Shown: one piece after another, positions 1-8,724 of the stretch
How the letters are laid out: each line of letters begins with the position of its first letter
Position numbering within the stretch: position 1 is the stretch's first letter
NCBI GenBank assembly: GCA_964559985.1
Contig: CAZLJX010000006.1
Location: 77,354-141,353, forward strand
DNA: 64,000 nucleotides
Source of the DNA: an uncultured Bacteroidales bacterium
GTDB taxonomy: Bacteria; Bacteroidota; Bacteroidia; Bacteroidales; CAZLJX01
Direction: 5' to 3'
Notes under the pieces: model-generated
Seen by the model: the letters and a program-made list of their open reading frames with translations, nothing else
The model's database searches: none
Told to the model about the DNA's origin: nothing
Made by a program: the position numbers and the translations under genes

Positions 1-1
1 T

Positions 2-1528
2 CCATTCCCCGGTGTAAAAGCGATGGTGGTTGACCATATGGAAGATTTTGATGATGTAATGCTGGTTCAGCTTAATAAAAACAACCCGATGTTTTTCGAT
101 GTTTACCGATTGACCCTCAGCACAGGCGAGTTGGTTGAGGTAGCTAAAAACCCGGGTAATATTACCGGCTGGGTAACCGATCATGATGGCAAAATCAGAA
201 TTGCCGTAACAACCGATGGAATAAATACCAGCCTGTTGTATCGTGAAACAGAAAAAAATCCTTTTAAAACCATTATCACCACTACTTTTAAAGAAAGCTG
301 CAGCCCTTTATTTTTTACCTTTGATAATAAACAGCTCTACTGCGCTTCAAACCTTGAACGCGATAAACTGGCCATTGTAAAAATTGATCCCAATACCGGA
401 AAAGAGCTGGAAGTTTTATTGGAAAACCCGGATTTTGATGTAAGCGACTTGCGGTATTCGCACAAACGTAAGGTGTTGACCCGCATTGTTTGGGAAGAAG
501 ATAAAAACCAGCAAAAATTTCTCGACCCGGAAACTGAGCAGCTTTTTACCCGTTTATCAAGCCTTTTGCCCGGGTATGAGGTGGTTATTTCTTCCATGTC
601 AAAAGACGAAGACAAGTTGCTGGTACGTACCTATACTGACCGCAGCCTTGGGGCATATTATTTTTATGATAAAAAAGCTGATTCTCTTACCAGGCTTCAT
701 GACGTAAGTCCATGGATTTCGGAAGACGAAATGTGTGAAATGAAACCCATTCAATTTCAATCGCGGGATGGGCTTACCATTCATGGATATCTAACCTTGC
801 CCAGAGGTGTAGAAGCAAAAAACCTGCCGGTGGTTATAAATCCTCATGGCGGCCCATGGTATAGGGATTCATGGGGCTATAACCCCGAAATACAGTTTCT
901 TGCCAACCGGGGATATGCTGTTTTGCAGATGAATTTCAGGGGCTCAACCGGTTACGGGAAAAAATTCTGGGAAGCCTCGTTTAAAAAATGGGGACGTGAG
1001 ATGCAGAACGATATTTCGGATGGTGTAAAATGGCTGGTCGACCAGGGAATAGCCGATGGTAAACGGATTGCTATTTACGGAGGCAGTTATGGTGGTTATG
1101 CTACTCTGGCAGGGATTACCCTTACACCGGAATTATATGCCTGTGCAGTTGATTACGTAGGTGTTTCAAACCTGTTTACTTTTATGAAAAGTATTCCCCC
1201 TTACTGGAAACCATACCTGGAGATGATGTATGAGATGGTCGGAAACCCGGAAACCGATTCCATAATGATGGCCGAGGTGTCACCGGTATTCCTGGTAGAT
1301 AAAATTCAATGCCCGCTGTTTATTGCCCAGGGGGCCAACGATCCGAGGGTGAATAAAAATGAAAGCGACCAGATGGTTGAAGCTTTAAAAAAACGGGGCA
1401 TTGCTGTCGAATATATGGTGAAAGACAATGAAGGACATGGATTCCATAACGAAGAAAACCAATTCGATTTTTATGGTGCCATGGAAAAATTCCTTGCAAA
1501 ACATATTGGCGGCAGGTGCGAACAATAG
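2..1528 (+). CDS. S9 family serine peptidase (prolyl oligopeptidase / dipeptidyl aminopeptidase type), 5'-truncated by the window edge
   Basis: The frame stays open back to base 2, so the gene begins upstream of the window. The C-terminal alpha/beta-hydrolase domain has the nucleophile elbow GGSYGGY and later GANDPRV and EGHGF segments typical of S9 peptidases. A propeller-like region precedes it. Confidence 0.85.
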   Translation, partial: PFPGVKAMVVDHMEDFDDVMLVQLNKNNPMFFDVYRLTLSTGELVEVAKNPGNITGWVTDHDGKIRIAVTTDGINTSLLYRETEKNPFKTIITTTFKESCSPLFFTFDNKQLYCASNLERDKLAIVKIDPNTGKELEVLLENPDFDVSDLRYSHKRKVLTRIVWEEDKNQQKFLDPETEQLFTRLSSLLPGYEVVISSMSKDEDKLLVRTYTDRSLGAYYFYDKKADSLTRLHDVSPWISEDEMCEMKPIQFQSRDGLTIHGYLTLPRGVEAKNLPVVINPHGGPWYRDSWGYNPEIQFLANRGYAVLQMNFRGSTGYGKKFWEASFKKWGREMQNDISDGVKWLVDQGIADGKRIAIYGGSYGGYATLAGITLTPELYACAVDYVGVSNLFTFMKSIPPYWKPYLEMMYEMVGNPETDSIMMAEVSPVFLVDKIQCPLFIAQGANDPRVNKNESDQMVEALKKRGIAVEYMVKDNEGHGFHNEENQFDFYGAMEKFLAKHIGGRCEQ

Positions 1529-1560
1529 TTTGTAATTGATTGCTTAAAAATGCAGAAAAA

Positions 1561-1582
1561 GCCGGGTAATTTCTTATCCGGC
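1561..1582. terminator. Bidirectional rho-independent terminator between convergent genes
   Basis: 9-bp stem gccgggtaa/ttatccggc (one G-U pair) with a 4-nt loop. It is preceded by an A-run and followed by a T-run, and sits between the stop at 1528 (+) and the stop at 1586 (-). Confidence 0.6.
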
Positions 1583-1585
1583 TTT

Positions 1586-2710
1586 TTATATAAGTGCTTT
1601 TTGATATACTCTGAAGCGCTTATAAACCTGTCCGCCAGCTTTTTCAATTTCCATCCGCATTTTATGGTTGTTTTCGAGAATAAGATGGCTGTCGATGGTT
1701 TTTAGACCTTTTTGTTTTGCTTCCTGCAATATTTTTACTGCCATCAGCGAATCGAGGCCGTTGCCGCGGTACGATTCTTTAATTGCTCCAAGCAGCAGCG
1801 TTAGTTGACGACTTCTTTTCTGATGGTACAAAATGCGGAAAATACCAACAGGAAGCACAAAACCCTTACATTTTTTCAGCCCTTTTGAAATATCGCGGAT
1901 GGCGAGAATAAAACCAACAACCTGCTGGTTACTATCTACGATGATTTTAATAAAATCAGGGTCAAGAATTGGCAGATAGCGATTGGCAAAATCATTCATT
2001 TCGTATTCTTCAAAAGGAACAAAGCCATATATTTTCTGGTACGACTCGTTTACCAGCCGTAAAACCGGTTTTATCCACCGGTAAAGTCCGATTTTATAAC
2101 GGGGTTCAACAAGCTTTATGTGGTGGGTTTTTAAGGTGCGCTGGCAGATGCGTTCGTAAATGGCAGGAATATTCTCCGGAATTTCAATAAAATATGAAAC
2201 GCAGTCAATTTCTTTTGTATATCCTTCGTTTTCAACCAGCCTGACCAGGTATTCTGCATTTACTGGTGTTACTAGCACTTTGGGATGTTCAAATCCTTCA
2301 ATCTGAAGGCCTTGAGGGTCTTTGTCGGAAAAACCATAAGGCCCTGTTATTTTATCCATGCCTTTTCCCCTGGCCCAGTTTTCGATAAATTGCAATAATG
2401 CATGGCAAATCTGAGGATTATCGTAACATTCAAGCTGGAAAAAACGTGCTGTTTTCAACTGGTGAATTTCATTATAACGGTGGTGAATAATTCCCATGAT
2501 TCTTCCTACAACTTTCTGGTTGTCAATGGCCAGGCACCTGATGGTATCACAATAGGTGAACGATTTGTTTTTCTTTGGGTTATGAAAAATCCATTCATCA
2601 AGATGTACAGGTGGAAGCCAACCGGAATCATTTTTATAAATCTCCCAGGGTAAACGGATATACTGGCGCAACTGTTTCCTGGTTTTTACTTCCTCAATCT
2701 CAATAGGCAT
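1586..2710 (-). CDS. GNAT-like N-acetyltransferase family protein (about 374 aa, function unknown)
   Basis: The C-terminal segment LLLGAIKESYRGNGLDSLMAVKILQEAKQKG resembles GNAT motif A (R/Q-x-x-G-x-G/A). The N-terminus (IRLPWEIYKNDSGWLPPV) resembles a conserved Bacteroidota acetyltransferase-like family. Recognition is by eye only. Confidence 0.5.
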   Translation of the reverse strand: MPIEIEEVKTRKQLRQYIRLPWEIYKNDSGWLPPVHLDEWIFHNPKKNKSFTYCDTIRCLAIDNQKVVGRIMGIIHHRYNEIHQLKTARFFQLECYDNPQICHALLQFIENWARGKGMDKITGPYGFSDKDPQGLQIEGFEHPKVLVTPVNAEYLVRLVENEGYTKEIDCVSYFIEIPENIPAIYERICQRTLKTHHIKLVEPRYKIGLYRWIKPVLRLVNESYQKIYGFVPFEEYEMNDFANRYLPILDPDFIKIIVDSNQQVVGFILAIRDISKGLKKCKGFVLPVGIFRILYHQKRSRQLTLLLGAIKESYRGNGLDSLMAVKILQEAKQKGLKTIDSHLILENNHKMRMEIEKAGGQVYKRFRVYQKALI

Positions 2711-2810
2711 AATTATATTTTATCGGGTAAAATTAATGAAAACATCATTTATCTAATCATATATTCAGCATTTTTGACCTGAGAAATAATTTTTATATAA
2801 CCTAATAGGA

Positions 2811-3656
2811 TTAATTATTTAAAAATTTGAAGAGTGTTTTTGATGCCAGATAAATAAAGGGACTGATTAAAAAACCTGCCAGTACATCAATGACATAATG
2901 GGCACGGATATAAACCGTTGAAAAAGCCAGCAGAATTACGAAAGGAATGATCATCAACCGGAGCGTTCGGGAATGAAGGCCTGCCAGCAAGACAATCACT
3001 ACCGACATGGCAATATGTGAGCTCGGGAATGCTGCAGTTGGCCTTTCACCAATGTCCTGTATAAAATTGATAAGCCATGTAAAAATGCCGATAGCATTTT
3101 CGGGCAATGTTATTTTTGAAAAATAATATTGGGGCCCGGTCACAGGTAATATGTAAAAAATGAGATAGAAGATGTAAAAACCCGAAGTGATGATGAAAAC
3201 GGCTTCATACCCGCTTTCCCTGTTTTTTCGATAAATCAGGTAACTCACCAAGATGATAAGGATATAATAGCTGAAATAGCCCGAGTACATCAGTTCCCTG
3301 AACCATAAGCTGTCGGTCGTTTGCTGGAACACAAGGGAAGGCTGAAATCTGAAAACCCATTGCTCAAACCTGGCAAAATACTGATCCATATCGGCAAAAA
3401 TGAAATTATTGAAACAATCGGTTTCGGCATAAAAAAAAGGCAGTAACATCAATGGATAAAATGTACGGAAGGGAGCGGTCCGGTCTTTGACAGTGCTGGC
3501 CATGAAAATTATCAATGCCATTACCAGTAAACGAATAAAAACATGATAACCTGCGGTGCCGTAATATAACATGCCAATTACAGCGAAAATTCCTGAAACA
3601 AGAATAAAAGCCAGAGAAAGCCTGTCAATTTCTGAAAACCGGGTCGTTCTGATCAT
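2811..3656 (-). CDS. PAP2 superfamily membrane phosphatase / phosphotransferase
   Basis: Polytopic hydrophobic protein with PAP2 motifs PSSH (FPSSHIAMS) and SxxxxxxHxxxD-like TVYIRAHYVIDVLAG. Confidence 0.7.
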   Translation of the reverse strand: MIRTTRFSEIDRLSLAFILVSGIFAVIGMLYYGTAGYHVFIRLLVMALIIFMASTVKDRTAPFRTFYPLMLLPFFYAETDCFNNFIFADMDQYFARFEQWVFRFQPSLVFQQTTDSLWFRELMYSGYFSYYILIILVSYLIYRKNRESGYEAVFIITSGFYIFYLIFYILPVTGPQYYFSKITLPENAIGIFTWLINFIQDIGERPTAAFPSSHIAMSVVIVLLAGLHSRTLRLMIIPFVILLAFSTVYIRAHYVIDVLAGFLISPFIYLASKTLFKFLNN

Positions 3657-3757
3657 TTTAATATCTATATTTCAAAAAACGGCAATATAACGAAACAGAG
3701 GATTAAAATATTTTTAAATGAATCGGAAGGTAAGCCCTGCAGTTTTACAGTCAGGAT

Positions 3758-4429
3758 TTATTGTGTTTTTATAATTTTTTTGCTGTAAACAGTATTTCCG
3801 GTCGTTAGTGTAATAAAATATATTCCGGGCATAAAGGGAGACATGTTTATAAAATATTGATTTTCTTTCATGTTAAATTTTAGTATTTCAAAACCGGAAG
3901 AATTATAAAGGGCAAGCTGAAGCCCTTTATTTTCGCCGGTGTATTCTATCCATAAGTTGTTTAATACCGGATTCGGAAACAGGGTGAAAACAGGTTTTGG
4001 TTTGTGGCAATCAATTGCTGTCAGAATGGACTCACCGCAGTCTCCGGCAATGAAATTGCTTTCCGGCTGTACTGATATGGGTTGAATATCATTGCTATAG
4101 TTAAAAGAGTAGATCAATGTGGTGTCGTCAAATTTATCTATTCTGTAGTAAAGAAATGAATAACTGCCGGGTTGCAGGTTTTTAATTTCTGTCAGGATTT
4201 CAAAGTTGCAGGTACAATTTGCCATTTCCGGGATAGTATCTTCGGCATAGATGGAGTAGGTATTATCTGATGGGTACATTTTTACAACGAAACCCGCTGC
4301 GCAATTGTAATCAAACTTGTCGAAAATGAACAGGGAGGAATCGTAAACAAAGTGGTAGATGGTATCTGTTTGAGAAGAACCAGTCATTATTGCCACCATT
4401 AGATTGATAAACAGCAATATTTTTTTCAT
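3758..4429 (-). CDS. Secreted protein of unknown function with a type IX secretion C-terminal sorting domain
   Basis: N-terminal signal peptide MKKILLFINLMVAIMTGSSQ. The last ~75 aa fit the T9SS CTD pattern (LFPNPVLNNLWIEY ... GIYFITLTTGNTVYSKKIIK). Confidence 0.65.
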   Translation of the reverse strand: MKKILLFINLMVAIMTGSSQTDTIYHFVYDSSLFIFDKFDYNCAAGFVVKMYPSDNTYSIYAEDTIPEMANCTCNFEILTEIKNLQPGSYSFLYYRIDKFDDTTLIYSFNYSNDIQPISVQPESNFIAGDCGESILTAIDCHKPKPVFTLFPNPVLNNLWIEYTGENKGLQLALYNSSGFEILKFNMKENQYFINMSPFMPGIYFITLTTGNTVYSKKIIKTQ

Positions 4430-4574
4430 AGGTTAAGGTTTTGAAGGGTTTTATTAAGATGCAGGTTCATAAAATATCAATCAAACAACTTTTGGAAGAA
4501 TGATTCATTCCGGCTATCAAAGATACGACATAAAAATTCTGAAATCAATTTTTTTAATTGACCAGTCGCCGGTC

Positions 4575-5903
4575 TTATTTCGGATTTTTCATATTAATTG
4601 GCTGGCCGGTTGTTTCGAGTACGTTCCACCACAGTTCGCCTTTGATATCTATTTTTTTTCGTTGTGAAACGGCTACAGGAATAGGAAGCAATGTAAAAAG
4701 ATTGTTCCAGTTACCGATTACAAAATCGGTACGGCCAGCCATTGCTGCGTGTACAGCATTCTGGGCCAGCAGGCTGCAGAATTTACTATCGTTGGCATTG
4801 GCAGCAGCACTTCGGATGATATAGCTTGGGTCGATATATTTGAGTGTAAACGGGAAATTTTTTGCTTCAAATTCTTCTTTGATTTTAGCTTTCAGGTACA
4901 ATCCGATGTCTTTATTTTTCACATTGCCTGAGGCGTCATACGTTTTTTCGTCTTCCGAAAAGAAATGCTGTCCGGCGCCTTCAGCCACAACAATTAAGGC
5001 ATGTTGTCTTTCTTCAAGTCTTTTTCGCAATACCTTTAAAAACCCATAAGGTCCGTAAAGGTCAAAATCCATTTCAGGGATCAGGACAAAATTTACATCC
5101 TGAATCGAAAGGGCAGCATGAGCGGCAATAAAACCGCTATCGCGCCCCATCAGTTTCAGCAGGGCAATTCCGTTATAGGCACCTGAAGCTTCGTTATGGG
5201 CGCTCCGGATAATATCGTTGGCAATGGTAAAGGCAGTTTCGAAACCAAAAGTTTTTTGTATCAGGTTAATGTCGTTGTCAATGGTTTTTGGGACGCCGGC
5301 GACGGAAATTTTGAGGTTTCGTTTGGCAATTTCTTCGTAAATGGCATGGGCTCCGCGAAGGGTACCATCGCCGCCGATGGTGAACAATATGTTGATATTC
5401 AGTATTTCCAGCGTATCCACAATCTGCCCGATGTCCTGGTTACCGCGTGATGTGCCCAGGATGGTACCTCCAGTGAGATGAATATTGGCTATGTCCTGCG
5501 GGGTTAATTCAATAAATTCGTGATTGTATCCCGGAATAAAACCTTCATAACCATATTTGATTCCAATGGTGCGTTTTACACCATACCTGTAGTAAAGCTC
5601 ATTCACCAGGCTGCGAATAACATTGTTGAGCCCCGGGCATAAACCCCCGCAGGTTACAATGGCAACTTTGGTTTTTGCAGGTTCGAAAAAAATGTTTTCG
5701 CGTGGACCGGCTTTTTCGAATGATAAAGGGACGTCTCCGTTTTCTTTGCATCGTATAAAATTTTCGAGCGAAGCATCATAAAGAACCCTGTCGGAGTCTT
5801 TGAGAAATTCATAAACAACGCCTTCGTTTTTTGCCAGCTGTTTCAGTGGCGATTTTACCGAACAGTTTCCCAGTGTTTTTACCACTAAATCTGCATGTTC
5901 CAT
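4575..5903 (-). CDS. pfkA: 6-phosphofructokinase, long form, with ATP-type GGDG signature
   Basis: PFK-A family motifs are present: TCGGLCPGLN, IGGDGTLRGA (codons at 5364..5375) and VPKTIDNDI. Confidence 0.85.
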   Translation of the reverse strand: MEHADLVVKTLGNCSVKSPLKQLAKNEGVVYEFLKDSDRVLYDASLENFIRCKENGDVPLSFEKAGPRENIFFEPAKTKVAIVTCGGLCPGLNNVIRSLVNELYYRYGVKRTIGIKYGYEGFIPGYNHEFIELTPQDIANIHLTGGTILGTSRGNQDIGQIVDTLEILNINILFTIGGDGTLRGAHAIYEEIAKRNLKISVAGVPKTIDNDINLIQKTFGFETAFTIANDIIRSAHNEASGAYNGIALLKLMGRDSGFIAAHAALSIQDVNFVLIPEMDFDLYGPYGFLKVLRKRLEERQHALIVVAEGAGQHFFSEDEKTYDASGNVKNKDIGLYLKAKIKEEFEAKNFPFTLKYIDPSYIIRSAAANANDSKFCSLLAQNAVHAAMAGRTDFVIGNWNNLFTLLPIPVAVSQRKKIDIKGELWWNVLETTGQPINMKNPK

Positions 5904-5919
5904 AGCTCAGGTTTTTATC

Positions 5920-5927
5920 CAAATATA
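5920..5927 (-). promoter_or_regulatory. Candidate Bacteroidota -7 promoter box (TAtaTTTG) for pfkA
   Basis: The minus strand reads TATATTTG 17 nt upstream of the ATG at 5903. It matches the TAnnTTTG consensus. The implied leader is short. Confidence 0.3.
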
Positions 5928-6026
5928 ATTCAAAATTCATAATTTCCAAGAATGAATTGTATGGTAAAAATACATGTCTTCCGATTTTTAATGTTGTAGT
6001 TCTTTAATTGTGAAATTTTTATTGAT

Positions 6027-6785
6027 TTATATGAATGTTTCCAGACCGTCGTAAGCTGGTTTGATATTGACAGGAAGCATTGCTTCAAGTTCAATGTGCG
6101 TTCCGGCATCATGGCCGAGGTGAACCAGCCATGTTTTGCGGGCATTGGTTCTTTGAGCCCATTCCACCGCTTCGGCTACCGTAAGGTGTGTGGAATGGCT
6201 TTCGATTTGTAAGGCACTGATAATAAGGGTATCAATATTGAGCAATTTTGATATATCGGCATCGTTTATCGAGTTCATATCTGTTAAATATGCCCATTTT
6301 TCTGAATAATAACCTGTTACATCCTGTTTGCCATGCCATCCATGTAAGGGGGAAAATTTCCTATTCCCGATTTGAAAAGGGCTGGAGTTAATTTTTTGTA
6401 ATTTATTGATTGATAGGTTTGTGTTTTCTAAGGCGTAATTATTTTTTATTAACTCACTTATCAGATCAAAGCAGTGAAAGGGAATAAAGAAATCAGGAGG
6501 TTCAGACCTGAAAGTATTTGCCAGGTCGGGGATGCCCCCTGTATGATCGCGATGGGCATGGGTAAATATTACTGCGTCTATTTTTGATATTTTTGCTGCA
6601 AGCATCTGTTGTCTGAAATCGGGGCTGCAATCAATCAGTATATTTTTACCGGCCGTCCTGATCAGTACTGAAGAACGTAACCTTTTGTCTCTTTGGTTAT
6701 CTGACAGGCAAACCCTGCACCGGCAATTAATTACGGGCGTTCCGAGTGATGGTCCTGTGCCTAAAAATACTATTTTTGTTTTCAT
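6027..6785 (-). CDS. MBL-fold metallo-hydrolase (PhnP-like phosphodiesterase type)
   Basis: HxHxDH motif (THAHRDHTGG) and an N-terminal CRCRVC cysteine cluster as in PhnP-type enzymes. I placed the start at MKTKIVFLGTG (6785), because the longer ORF to 6824 would abut the divergent tlyA start. Confidence 0.75.
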   Translation of the reverse strand: MKTKIVFLGTGPSLGTPVINCRCRVCLSDNQRDKRLRSSVLIRTAGKNILIDCSPDFRQQMLAAKISKIDAVIFTHAHRDHTGGIPDLANTFRSEPPDFFIPFHCFDLISELIKNNYALENTNLSINKLQKINSSPFQIGNRKFSPLHGWHGKQDVTGYYSEKWAYLTDMNSINDADISKLLNIDTLIISALQIESHSTHLTVAEAVEWAQRTNARKTWLVHLGHDAGTHIELEAMLPVNIKPAYDGLETFI

Positions 6786-6825
6786 AAATGATGATGAAAT
6801 TAAAATTAATATTTTGAACAGCAAA

Positions 6826-7629
6826 ATGACACGGCTGGATGTATTGCTGGTCGGGACAGGCAGGTTTGAATCGAGGGAGAAAGCACAACTGGCTATCGAA
6901 TCGGGAGCCGTAAAAGTAAATGGTGCATTGATTCAAAAGCCTGGAAAGGCGGTCGATGGTAAAAGCAGGATTGAGGTTGACGAAAGTCTTGTTCTGCCTT
7001 ATGTGAGCCTTGGCGGATTAAAACTTAAAAAAGCCATCGATGAGTTTTGTCTCGGTTTTAATGGCTGCATGGTGCTCGATATCGGTGCATCAACCGGGGG
7101 ATTTACTGATTGTGCGTTACAACACGGTGCTGCATTTGTCTGGGCTGTTGATGTGGGGACTTCTCAGTTACATCCTAAGTTACAGAACCATCCAAAGGTC
7201 ATCTCACTTGAGCAGACCGATTTCAGGGAACTTTCTCCGGACAAACTGGAAGGCAAATTGGCTGATTATATACTTACCGATGTTTCTTTTATTTCGCTTT
7301 CGCATTTTTTTGCATTGTTTCATCGATTTTTACAACCCGGGGGCAGCATCATCACCTTAATAAAACCGCAGTTTGAGGCAGGCCGTAATTATCTAAACCG
7401 TCATGGAATAGTTACTTCACCATACGTTCATCAGGATGTTATCAGGTCGCAATGTGATTTAGCGATGAAACAGGGTTTTTACATGAAAAAATTAACCTGG
7501 GCTCCCATAACCTCAAGAGGTAAAAATATTGAATATCTCGCACTTTATCATACTGTTCCCACTGCCGGGCCGGATATTAAAGATATTATAAATTCAGCCT
7601 TTTTAAAGTGGAAAGAGAAAAGTGGTTAG
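6826..7629 (+). CDS. tlyA: TlyA family rRNA 2'-O-methyltransferase (hemolysin A-like)
   Basis: S4-like N-terminus MTRLDVLLV...GAVKVNG and FtsJ-type SAM motif LDIGASTGGFTDCALQHGA. I used the start at 6826, because the ORF-track start at 6685 runs antisense through the neighbouring gene. Confidence 0.85.
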   Translation: MTRLDVLLVGTGRFESREKAQLAIESGAVKVNGALIQKPGKAVDGKSRIEVDESLVLPYVSLGGLKLKKAIDEFCLGFNGCMVLDIGASTGGFTDCALQHGAAFVWAVDVGTSQLHPKLQNHPKVISLEQTDFRELSPDKLEGKLADYILTDVSFISLSHFFALFHRFLQPGGSIITLIKPQFEAGRNYLNRHGIVTSPYVHQDVIRSQCDLAMKQGFYMKKLTWAPITSRGKNIEYLALYHTVPTAGPDIKDIINSAFLKWKEKSG

Positions 7630-7676
7630 AAGGGTATAATCCGGAAAAGCTGTCTTCTATATTTAATTAACACAGG

Positions 7677-8630
7677 TTAGAATTTGTAAGAAAATCCAAC
7701 CCCCAGAATTTCTTTAAATTGATTTCTCGGGCCAATGTTGCCGTTTTTATCTTTTATATCGGTATCATCATCATAGATGTATTGCATCAGGATGGTTGCC
7801 GAGATGTATTTATTTACCTTCATAGATATCAGGGTTTCGAAATTGATATCGATATTTTGAGGATTATGCAGGTAATTGGAGAATAAATCAATTTTTGACT
7901 GCAGGGTAATGTTTTCCATTATTTTAGTATTAAAAGCAACACGGAGGTATCCTCCGAATTCACTTTTCATATTTTTGCCATGAGTAATCAGATTTCCCAG
8001 GTTATCGTACGTAGCTTTTTCCATGCCAAAAGCACCGGCATCGGCCAGTTTCTGATCGTTCACCACGGTTATTTTTGCTGTCAGGGGTGCAGCAAACACA
8101 CTCAGCCGGTCGCCGGGTTTATAATCCATCCCAATAGCCCCAAGAATATAGGCTGGTGCCAGAAATCCGGATATTTTATTCGAATCGTCAGGATATTTAT
8201 AGCCTGCATCCCATTGAGTTTTAACATTCAGAAGGGCTGCGTAATAAAAATTTTTGGCGGCTCTTTGTCCGTATTTTGATGTAAAATCGATTTTATCGTC
8301 AGTTTTCCACCATTTGTTTTCACCTTTGTCGTTGTCTTTATTAATCTGTCCATAACCAAGGTCGAGGAAGTTATCCCATACCTGGTTACCTTTTTTATAA
8401 TGGGCAAAAAGGCTAAGCACCCCGTTAACTGCCAGGGAGTTTTGTCCTCCTGCTGCCCAGTTGGTGAGTGATGTCTGGCTAAGGCTAAGGGTAATTACAC
8501 CTCCTGTTTTCCATCCTTGTGATGAATCGGCAGCTTGTTCCCGGAGTGTATTTTCGGGTTCGGTGGTTTGCGAAAAGCTTTGTATGGTTGAGAAAACCGC
8601 TATACAAAAAACAAAGGTAAACTTTTTCAT
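7677..8630 (-). CDS. Outer-membrane beta-barrel protein, DUF3078-like
   Basis: Signal peptide ending SFSQ, a WKTGGVITLSLSQTSLTNWAAGGQNS segment typical of DUF3078, alternating beta-strand pattern and a C-terminal aromatic residue (SYKF). Confidence 0.55.
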   Translation of the reverse strand: MKKFTFVFCIAVFSTIQSFSQTTEPENTLREQAADSSQGWKTGGVITLSLSQTSLTNWAAGGQNSLAVNGVLSLFAHYKKGNQVWDNFLDLGYGQINKDNDKGENKWWKTDDKIDFTSKYGQRAAKNFYYAALLNVKTQWDAGYKYPDDSNKISGFLAPAYILGAIGMDYKPGDRLSVFAAPLTAKITVVNDQKLADAGAFGMEKATYDNLGNLITHGKNMKSEFGGYLRVAFNTKIMENITLQSKIDLFSNYLHNPQNIDINFETLISMKVNKYISATILMQYIYDDDTDIKDKNGNIGPRNQFKEILGVGFSYKF

Positions 8631-8650
8631 ATTGAATGATTTTATTGATG

Positions 8651-8658
8651 CAAAGATA
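8651..8658 (-). promoter_or_regulatory. Candidate -7 promoter box (TAtcTTTG) for the DUF3078-like gene
   Basis: The minus strand reads TATCTTTG 21 nt upstream of the ATG at 8630, just downstream of the terminator of the preceding gene. Confidence 0.4.
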
Positions 8659-8675
8659 CTTAATTCAACAAAAAA

Positions 8676-8697
8676 AACTGCCTTTTTACGGGCAGTT
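8676..8697 (-). terminator. Rho-independent terminator of the aconitase-family gene
   Basis: 7-bp stem aactgcc/ggcagtt with an 8-nt loop. On the minus strand it is followed by a run of 8 T. It lies 28 nt after the stop at 8725. Confidence 0.65.
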
Positions 8698-8724
8698 AAG
8701 TTTTATTTTTTTTTAATTGAGAGG

